Positions 47,558-52,765 of a stretch of DNA of 52,765 nucleotides are shown here, piece by piece. Made by a program: the position numbers and the translations under genes. The notes below the pieces were generated by a model. It did no database searches, was not told the origin of the DNA, and saw nothing but the letters and a program-made list of their open reading frames with translations. How positions within the stretch are numbered: position 1 is the first letter of the stretch; every line of letters starts with the position of its first letter. Source of the stretch: an uncultured Lachnoclostridium sp. (lineage in GTDB: Bacteria; Bacillota; Clostridia; Lachnospirales; Lachnospiraceae); the NCBI GenBank assembly GCA_964600705.1, contig CAZRLE010000001.1:1-52765 (forward strand), given 5' to 3'.

Positions 47558-47870
47558 ATTCTTCATTTGGTTTTTCAACTTCAACGATTGCCTGCTTCTT
47601 CATTGGAATTCTGCAGTGCTTATTGTTACCAAATTCAACGATAACTACCTCATCCTGAACGTCAATAATTACACCATAAAAACCGCTGGATGTAAGAACG
47701 CTGTCACCTGCCTGAATTGTTGTTAACATTGCTGCATGTGCCTGTTCCTGCTTTTTCTGTGGTCTTAACATCAGGAAGTAGAAAATTGCGATAATGACTG
47801 CAAAGTAAACAATAGTTCCTACGGCTCCCATTCCGCCAGCTTCTGCTGCTAATACTGGTACAAAATTCAT
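47556..47870 (-). CDS. yajC: preprotein translocase subunit YajC
   Basis: 104 aa with a single TM helix followed by RPQKKQ...GD.V.T..G..G. An AGGAGG SD lies 8 nt upstream. Confidence 0.9.
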   Translation of the reverse strand: MNFVPVLAAEAGGMGAVGTIVYFAVIIAIFYFLMLRPQKKQEQAHAAMLTTIQAGDSVLTSSGFYGVIIDVQDEVVIVEFGNNKHCRIPMKKQAIVEVEKPNEE

Positions 47871-47904
47871 TGTTGTTTCCTCCTAAAATAATATTTCAGT
47901 TTGA

Positions 47905-49038
47905 TTACTGTTTTTCTTCTTCAAAGCCCGCAAGCTTTGCTTTTTTATATTCCTTATAACAACCTTTTTCGATGGCATCTCTGATTTCTTCCATCATGTT
48001 GTTGTAGAAATACAAGTTGTGCATTACTAAAAGTCTTAAACCTAACATTTCTTTTGCTTTTAATAAATGTCTGATATATGCTCTTGAATACTTCTTACAC
48101 GCCGGACACTGACATCCTTCTTCGATTGGTCGCTCATCCAGCTCATACTTAGCATTCATAAGATTCATCTTACCATGGTTCGTATACGCATGCCCATGTC
48201 TTCCGTTTCTTGCCGGATATACACAGTCAAAGAAATCTACACCTCTGTCAACCGCTTCTAAAATATTGGCAGGTGTTCCAACGCCCATAAGGTAAGTTGG
48301 CTTTTCTAATGGAAGATATGGTGTTGTCTTTTCAATGATTTCATACATTGCTTCGTGGCTTTCACCAACCGCAAGTCCACCTAACGCATATCCATCTAAC
48401 TCCATTTCGGAGATTCTCTTCGCATGCTCAATACGGATATCTGCGTAAGTTCCACCCTGATTGATACCAAACAACATCTGATTCTTATTGATTGTATCTT
48501 CTAAAGAGTTAAGTCTCTTCATTTCTGCCTGACAGCGTGCAAGCCATCTGGTTGTTCTGTCTACAGACGCCTGCATATATTCTCTTGTTGCAGGGTATGG
48601 AGGGCACTCATCGAACGCCATCGCAATGGTAGATGCCAGATTAGACTGAATCTGCATACTTTCTTCCGGTCCCATAAAAATCTTTCTTCCATCAATATGG
48701 GAATTAAAGTATACACCTTCTTCTTTGATTTTACGAAGTCCGGCTAATGAGAACACCTGAAATCCGCCGGAATCAGTTAAGATTGGCTTATCCCATACCA
48801 TAAACTTATGAAGACCACCAAGCTGCTTAATTACCTTATCACCAGTTCTTACATGGAGATGGTAAGTATTAGAAAGCTCTACCTGTGTCTTTAACTGCTG
48901 TAAATCCTCTGTGGAAACTGCTCCCTTAATAGCTGCTACTGTTCCAACATTCATAAAAACAGGAGTCTGAATCGTTCCATGCACAGTTTTAAATTCACCG
49001 CGTTTCGCATTTCCATCTTTACATAATAATTTATACAT
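47905..49038 (-). CDS. tgt: tRNA guanosine(34) transglycosylase
   Basis: 377 aa with motifs TPVFMNVGT, LTDSGGFQ and MGVGTP, and the zinc site CQCPACKKYSRAYIRH. Confidence 0.95.
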   Translation of the reverse strand: MYKLLCKDGNAKRGEFKTVHGTIQTPVFMNVGTVAAIKGAVSTEDLQQLKTQVELSNTYHLHVRTGDKVIKQLGGLHKFMVWDKPILTDSGGFQVFSLAGLRKIKEEGVYFNSHIDGRKIFMGPEESMQIQSNLASTIAMAFDECPPYPATREYMQASVDRTTRWLARCQAEMKRLNSLEDTINKNQMLFGINQGGTYADIRIEHAKRISEMELDGYALGGLAVGESHEAMYEIIEKTTPYLPLEKPTYLMGVGTPANILEAVDRGVDFFDCVYPARNGRHGHAYTNHGKMNLMNAKYELDERPIEEGCQCPACKKYSRAYIRHLLKAKEMLGLRLLVMHNLYFYNNMMEEIRDAIEKGCYKEYKKAKLAGFEEEKQ

Positions 49039-49094
49039 AAAAGCACCTTTCTATTTTAATGCACACTACTCACATTTTAACTGTCAACATGCTA

Positions 49095-49123
49095 AGTATA
49101 ACGTTAATCCCGTTTATTTTCAA
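49095..49123 (-). promoter_or_regulatory. candidate sigma-A promoter of tgt-yajC
   Basis: Minus strand reads TTGAAA-17 nt-TATACT, about 55 nt upstream of the tgt ATG. Confidence 0.45.
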
Positions 49124-49144
49124 CTATTTTTTAATGCTATGGAG

Positions 49145-49178
49145 AAAAAAATAAAAAGCCGGTAATAACTACCAGCTT
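49145..49178 (-). terminator. intrinsic terminator after tRNA-Trp
   Basis: Minus strand stem AAGCTGGTA / TACCGGCTT (one G-U pair) followed by TTTATTTTTTT. Confidence 0.6.
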
Positions 49179-49184
49179 CTTTAA

Positions 49185-49255
49185 CAGGGGTGGAAGGAAT
49201 CGAACCCTCCTCTGCGGTTTTGGAGACCGTCATTCTACCGATGAACTACACCCCT
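49185..49255 (-). tRNA. trnW: tRNA-Trp (anticodon CCA), no encoded 3' CCA
   Basis: The hand-folded cloverleaf has these parts:
- Acceptor stem AGGGGTG/CACCCCT.
- D arm GTTC-ATCGGTA-GAAT.
- Anticodon arm ACGGT-CTCCAAA-ACCGC (one A-C mismatch at 27-43).
- T arm GAGGG-TTCGATT-CCTTC.
- Discriminator G. Confidence 0.85.
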
Positions 49256-49288
49256 ATATTCTTTTCGCGTTCCTTAACACGCTTAATC

Positions 49289-49317
49289 AGTATACAATGT
49301 TTTATTCTATTTGTCAA
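49289..49317 (-). promoter_or_regulatory. candidate sigma-A promoter of the monocistronic tRNA-Trp gene
   Basis: Minus strand reads TTGACA-17 nt-TATACT, about 33 nt upstream of the mature tRNA 5' end. Confidence 0.5.
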
Positions 49318-49374
49318 CCATTTTTTTAATTTTTTTGGACAAATCTAAATAACCATGTAATCTGTGCTTCACAA

Positions 49375-49412
49375 AATACTAAAACAGCTGCCAAGACCCT
49401 TGTTCTGACAGC
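49375..49412 (-). terminator. probable intrinsic terminator after the ComFB-family gene
   Basis: Minus strand has an 11-bp stem GCTGTCAGAAC / GTCTTGGCAGC (two G-U pairs, one mismatch) with loop AAGG, followed by TGTTTTAGTATTTTGT. Confidence 0.5.
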
Positions 49413-49419
49413 CATTTGC

Positions 49420-49695
49420 TTACTTATCTCCATGTCTTGGATTCTCTTTAATTCTTACAACACCTTCAGAAATCAAAATCATTAATTTGGTGTCAAATGT
49501 AGTATCATGCTGAACTGACTTGGAGTACAATTCACCCTTTTCTGTTACTACATACTTAGGTCTGATGTTATTCAGAACATAAGCTGCAATATCAGAACGA
49601 CACTTCAAACAATCACAGCAGCCAGCCTGCTTGATAATTGGCATCATTCTTTTATCAACAATATCTTCCATAACATTCTTAATTAAAAGTTCCAT
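49420..49695 (-). CDS. ComFB-family (late competence development protein ComFB domain) protein
   Basis: 91 aa. The segment NVMEDIV...CCDCLKCRSDIAAYVLNNIRPKYV matches the ComFB domain pattern, including the Cys cluster. A GGGGG SD lies 7 nt upstream. Confidence 0.7.
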   Translation of the reverse strand: MELLIKNVMEDIVDKRMMPIIKQAGCCDCLKCRSDIAAYVLNNIRPKYVVTEKGELYSKSVQHDTTFDTKLMILISEGVVRIKENPRHGDK

Positions 49696-49822
49696 ATCGA
49701 TACCCCCAAATTCTCTTATGCTAATTGTATTACTCCCATTATAACAGATTTTTCATCAAAGTACAGTTTTTTATTAAGTTTCCTTGACTTTTTCATCAAA
49801 TGAATTAAACTAATTATATATT

Positions 49823-49836
49823 TATATGAACATATA
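49823..49836. promoter_or_regulatory. candidate ArsR/SmtB operator (6-2-6 inverted repeat) in the arsR promoter region
   Basis: TATATG-AA-CATATA is a perfect inverted repeat containing the TGAACA half-site-like core seen in CzrA/SmtB-type operators. It lies 38 nt upstream of the ArsR-family start. Confidence 0.3.
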
Positions 49837-49873
49837 TTGCAAATGAATGATATGAAAGATGAGGATTTTGATT

Positions 49874-50227
49874 ATGTCTCAGGAAGCTTTAAAAGAATAT
49901 AGCTTTATTAACGCAGAGGATGCCTCTATTATTATTGATACTCTTCCTGCTGAGGAAGAATTATACTATCTGGCGGAATTATTTAAAATGTTTGCCGAGC
50001 CGACCCGTATTAAGATTTTGTTTGTGCTGACACAGGGTGAACTGTGTGTTGGGGATATTGCACAGATTCTGGATATGTCCCAAAGTTCTATTTCCCATCA
50101 GCTCCGTGTACTGAAGCAAAGCCGCCTGGTTAAGTTCCGTCGCGAAGGAAAGACCATCTTCTACTCGCTCTGTGATGACCACGTTAAAACCATGCTGAAT
50201 CAAGGCTTTGAACATGTTTCTGAATAA
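49874..50227 (+). CDS. ArsR/SmtB-family metalloregulator with an alpha-5 (CzrA/SmtB-type) metal site
   Basis: The start was moved to MSQEALK (GAGGA 8 nt upstream). The wHTH is ELCVGDIAQILDMSQSSISHQLRVLK. The C-terminal DDHVKTMLNQGFEHVSE fits the DxHx10Hx2E alpha-5 Zn/Co-site motif. Confidence 0.85.
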   Translation: MSQEALKEYSFINAEDASIIIDTLPAEEELYYLAELFKMFAEPTRIKILFVLTQGELCVGDIAQILDMSQSSISHQLRVLKQSRLVKFRREGKTIFYSLCDDHVKTMLNQGFEHVSE

Positions 50228-50261
50228 ATGATACTTAGATCGTGTACTTTACATCTGCCTC

Positions 50262-50290
50262 TTGGAAAAATGCAGAAAGTATAGTATAAT
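50262..50290 (+). promoter_or_regulatory. candidate sigma-A promoter of the third HD-GYP gene
   Basis: TTGGAA-17 nt-TATAAT, 47 nt upstream of the GTG start. No terminator is seen between the ArsR-family gene and this promoter. Confidence 0.5.
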
Positions 50291-50337
50291 GCTTGTAATA
50301 ACACGGACTCTGGTTAACGAATTATGGAGGAATAGCT

Positions 50338-51441
50338 GTGATTTATCGTTATTATGTACGTACCAGTTTATTAAAAGAAGGCATGAAGCTGGGACAGGCG
50401 CTTACTGATCGTCTGGACCGTGTTTGGGTTGCGAAGGGAACCGTTCTGGATGCACATCTTATTGAGGCTTTGAAACGAATGCGTATAGATGGTGTCTATA
50501 TAGAAGAAGAGGCAGAAGAGTTCGTCGCAGCTGAAACAGAAGAAAAACTTCCACCCTCAATTAAAGATACCATTGAGAAGAATAAAGTAAAAGACCCTGC
50601 AAAGGTTGAGCTTTCTGAAAGTGTGAAGAAGCGAGTTTCAGAAGGAGTTCAGTACCTGTATAATAATTCTGGTTCAGAACATTTTGCGGAAACCTCCAAC
50701 CGCATCACACAGGATCTTGTTCGTGCTATCGATGAGAATGATGCACTGGCAGTTGATATCAGTACATTAAAGACCAGTGATGAATATACTTTCAAACACA
50801 GTGTAGACGTAGCTACCATTTCCATGATTATCGCCCGTAAACAGGGATTTCCAGAAAAAGATGTTTACAACATAGGAATCTCAGGCCTCCTTCACGATAT
50901 GGGTAAATCTAAAGTTCCACTAGAGATTCTTAATAAGCCTGCCAGATTAAATGACGCAGAGTTTGAAGTTATGAAGCAGCACTCTGTACTTGGGTATAAG
51001 ATTTTAAAGGAGAAGAAAGATTTCTCTGATGAAATTGCTCTTGCAGTGTTACAGCACCATGAGAAAATGAATGGAACCGGTTATCCTTTTGGTCACAAAG
51101 AAGAAAAGATTATTCCCTATGCCAAAATATTATCTATATCTGATGTATACGATGCACTGGTAACAGAACGACCATATAAGAAGGCGTATTCCCAGCGTGA
51201 TGCCGTAGAAATTATCATGTCTATGACACAAGAACTGGATATAACGGCAATGAAAAGCTTTATGCAGAGTGTAATTCTCTATCCGGTGGGTACCAACGTA
51301 GAACTTAGTAATGGTGAAACGGCAAAGGTAGTGAGAAATAATACCGGCATTGTATTAAGACCAGTAGTCGTTGGACTTACCAGCGGAAAGGTATATGACC
51401 TTGCAAATGATTTTAGCTGTGCCAATGTAATTATTCTATAG
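50338..51441 (+). CDS. HD-GYP domain protein (paralog of 7907-9346 without receiver)
   Basis: 367 aa with a GTG start (GGAGG 7 nt upstream). The N-terminal domain resembles that of the 7907 protein. HD-GYP motifs are LLHDMGK, HHEKMNGTGYP and DVYDALVTERPYK. Confidence 0.85.
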   Translation: MIYRYYVRTSLLKEGMKLGQALTDRLDRVWVAKGTVLDAHLIEALKRMRIDGVYIEEEAEEFVAAETEEKLPPSIKDTIEKNKVKDPAKVELSESVKKRVSEGVQYLYNNSGSEHFAETSNRITQDLVRAIDENDALAVDISTLKTSDEYTFKHSVDVATISMIIARKQGFPEKDVYNIGISGLLHDMGKSKVPLEILNKPARLNDAEFEVMKQHSVLGYKILKEKKDFSDEIALAVLQHHEKMNGTGYPFGHKEEKIIPYAKILSISDVYDALVTERPYKKAYSQRDAVEIIMSMTQELDITAMKSFMQSVILYPVGTNVELSNGETAKVVRNNTGIVLRPVVVGLTSGKVYDLANDFSCANVIIL

Positions 51442-51490
51442 TGTGGATTCTTTTGTACCCATAAACACAATTACTTTAAGGATATAAAGA

Positions 51491-51529
51491 GCGCATGCCC
51501 TACTTTATCAGTAAGGCATGCGTTTTTTC
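51491..51529. terminator. convergent (bidirectional) terminator hairpin
   Basis: Stem GCGCATGCC / GGCATGCG followed by TTTTTT on the plus strand. The hairpin overlaps the last codons and stop of the minus-strand small ORF. Confidence 0.6.
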
Positions 51530-51763
51530 TAACCATTCTAAAATATTTTTAAGTCCCTCATCGGAAAAGTCAAAGATTTCAGAAATTTTGTCTTCATCTG
51601 GTGTTTTGTCAAAGGAGAAAGGTTCCTTCCAGGCAAATGCCCTCAAATGAAGCTTTTCATCCACTTCTTCTTTCTGTATACGATAACGCATTCCATGGAA
51701 ACTACCTGTATAAGGCGATTTCTTTAGAAAAGGAATGGATGCAATATCTTTGGGATTTATCAT
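51500..51763 (-). CDS. hypothetical small protein downstream of the metal ATPase
   Basis: The ORF begins immediately after the ATPase TAA stop. I prefer the ATG at 51763 (AAGGA 9 nt upstream). It is 87 aa and soluble, with an acidic C-terminal half. No family was recognised. Confidence 0.45.
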   Translation of the reverse strand: MINPKDIASIPFLKKSPYTGSFHGMRYRIQKEEVDEKLHLRAFAWKEPFSFDKTPDEDKISEIFDFSDEGLKNILEWLEKTHALLIK

Positions 51764-51790
51764 ACCACTATTTCCTTCTTTCTTTTCCAA

Positions 51791-52765
51791 TTATTTATCT
51801 TGGTAAAGGATACGAACTGAATTAAGTACACAAAGCATGGCAACTCCAGTATCGGCAAATACTGCCATCCACATAGATGCTATGCCAAGAAGTCCAAGTA
51901 TCATAACCAGTACCTTTACTCCAAGGGCAAAAATTACATTCTGTTTGGAAATGCTAGTTGCTTTGCGGGCAATGGAAAGTGCCTGTGGAACAGCTTCCAT
52001 GTTGGAGGTCATAAATACCACATCAGCAGCTTCAATGGCAGCGTCTGCACCACTTCCCATAGCTGCACCTACGTCAGCGCCTGCAAGAACAGGAGCATCG
52101 TTGATACCATCTCCTACAAACATAACTGCGCCATGATTCTGACGAATGGATTGTAATTTTTCCAATTTGTGCTCTGGTAACAGACGGGCATGAATTTCTT
52201 CAATACCAACCATTTTTCCAATGTTCTGGGCATTTTCTTCAGAATCTCCGGTAAGCATTGCGGTACGGATTCCAAGCTTTTTAATCGAAGCGATGGCAGG
52301 AATCGTATCATCTTTGATAGTGTCTGCAATCGTAATGTATCCTGCAAACGCACCATTGATAGCGATTAACACCTCTGTGCCCTGCGTTTTGTTGTTATAA
52401 GAAGTCAAATCAATCTCAAAAGCTTCCATAAGCTTACTGTTACCACAGAGAAGTTCCATTTCACCTACTTTTGCCTTGATTCCTTTTCCAGCAATTTCTT
52501 CTACCATATCCGGCTTCTTGATAAGAAGGTTCTTTTCTTTTGCCGCATTTACAATGCTGTTGGCAATTGGATGGGTTGAGGTAGCTTCCGCACCGGCACA
52601 TAAAGCCAGTAAGTCATTTTCGGAAATCGCAGATGTATCTTCAGAAACTGCGACAATTACTTCCTGCACAACAAAATTACCTTTCGTAATTGTTCCGGTT
52701 TTGTCCATAACAATGGCTTTTACATCATTCATAGCTTCAAGCGCTGCACCGCCTTTGAATAAAAT
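51791..52765 (-). CDS. heavy-metal-translocating P-type ATPase (P1B type), C-terminal part; 5' end lies outside the window
   Basis: The frame is open to the window edge. Motifs are the phosphorylation motif VMDKTGTITKGN, the nucleotide-binding HP motif (STHPIA), MLTGD and the hinge GDGINDAP, followed by two final TM helices. Confidence 0.9.
   Translation of the reverse strand: MLFKGGAALEAMNDVKAIVMDKTGTITKGNFVVQEVIVAVSEDTSAISENDLLALCAGAEATSTHPIANSIVNAAKEKNLLIKKPDMVEEIAGKGIKAKVGEMELLCGNSKLMEAFEIDLTSYNNKTQGTEVLIAINGAFAGYITIADTIKDDTIPAIASIKKLGIRTAMLTGDSEENAQNIGKMVGIEEIHARLLPEHKLEKLQSIRQNHGAVMFVGDGINDAPVLAGADVGAAMGSGADAAIEAADVVFMTSNMEAVPQALSIARKATSISKQNVIFALGVKVLVMILGLLGIASMWMAVFADTGVAMLCVLNSVRILYQDK

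Noticed and set aside
1-52765. CRISPR arrays, rRNA genes, intact IS elements/transposons, integrases, prophage genes, toxin-antitoxin pairs or known defence systems.
   Set aside because: None of the following was seen:
- Regularly spaced direct repeats.
- Long terminal inverted repeats.
- Recombinase, phage or defence-type motifs in any ORF.

The only mobile-element trace is the truncated Rpn-like remnant.

Overview
This is a 52.8-kb chromosomal segment from a low-GC Gram-positive anaerobe. Gene content, SD-type ribosome-binding sites and protein motifs look Clostridia/Lachnospiraceae-like, but that is an inference with no database search behind it. I support 43 protein-coding genes (38 on the minus strand), one gene remnant, one tRNA-Trp(CCA), and a set of sigma-A-type promoters and intrinsic terminators read directly from the sequence.

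Layout:
- 29-5425: liv-type branched-chain amino-acid ABC importer plus a cytidylate-kinase-like gene.
- 5.6-31.3 kb: a signalling-rich accessory stretch. It holds three hybrid histidine kinases, an HD-GYP protein with a receiver domain, a PfkB kinase, an Fe-S aldo/keto reductase, three tandem chemoreceptor genes (one fused to a YcgR-like PilZ module), a ybaN-cydDC-deacetylase operon, and a heterodimeric ABC exporter followed by a transposase remnant.
- 31.3-49.1 kb: a conserved housekeeping block (galM, csp, aspS, hisS, relA, apt, recJ, secDF, yajC, tgt).
- 49.2-52.8 kb: tRNA-Trp, ComFB, an ArsR/SmtB metal repressor, a third HD-GYP protein, a small unknown protein, and the 3' part of a heavy-metal P-type ATPase that runs off the window.

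I see no CRISPR array, rRNA, intact mobile element, prophage or recognisable defence island.

The most unusual theme is cyclic-di-GMP signalling without any cyclase:
- An RpfC/RpfG-like hybrid kinase plus HD-GYP-receiver operon.
- A chemoreceptor fused to a flagellar-brake-like PilZ module.
- A stand-alone HD-GYP gene translationally coupled to hisS inside the relA operon.
- An HD-GYP gene next to a metal-sensing repressor.

All functional calls rest on motif and family recognition by eye. No searches or structure predictions were run.
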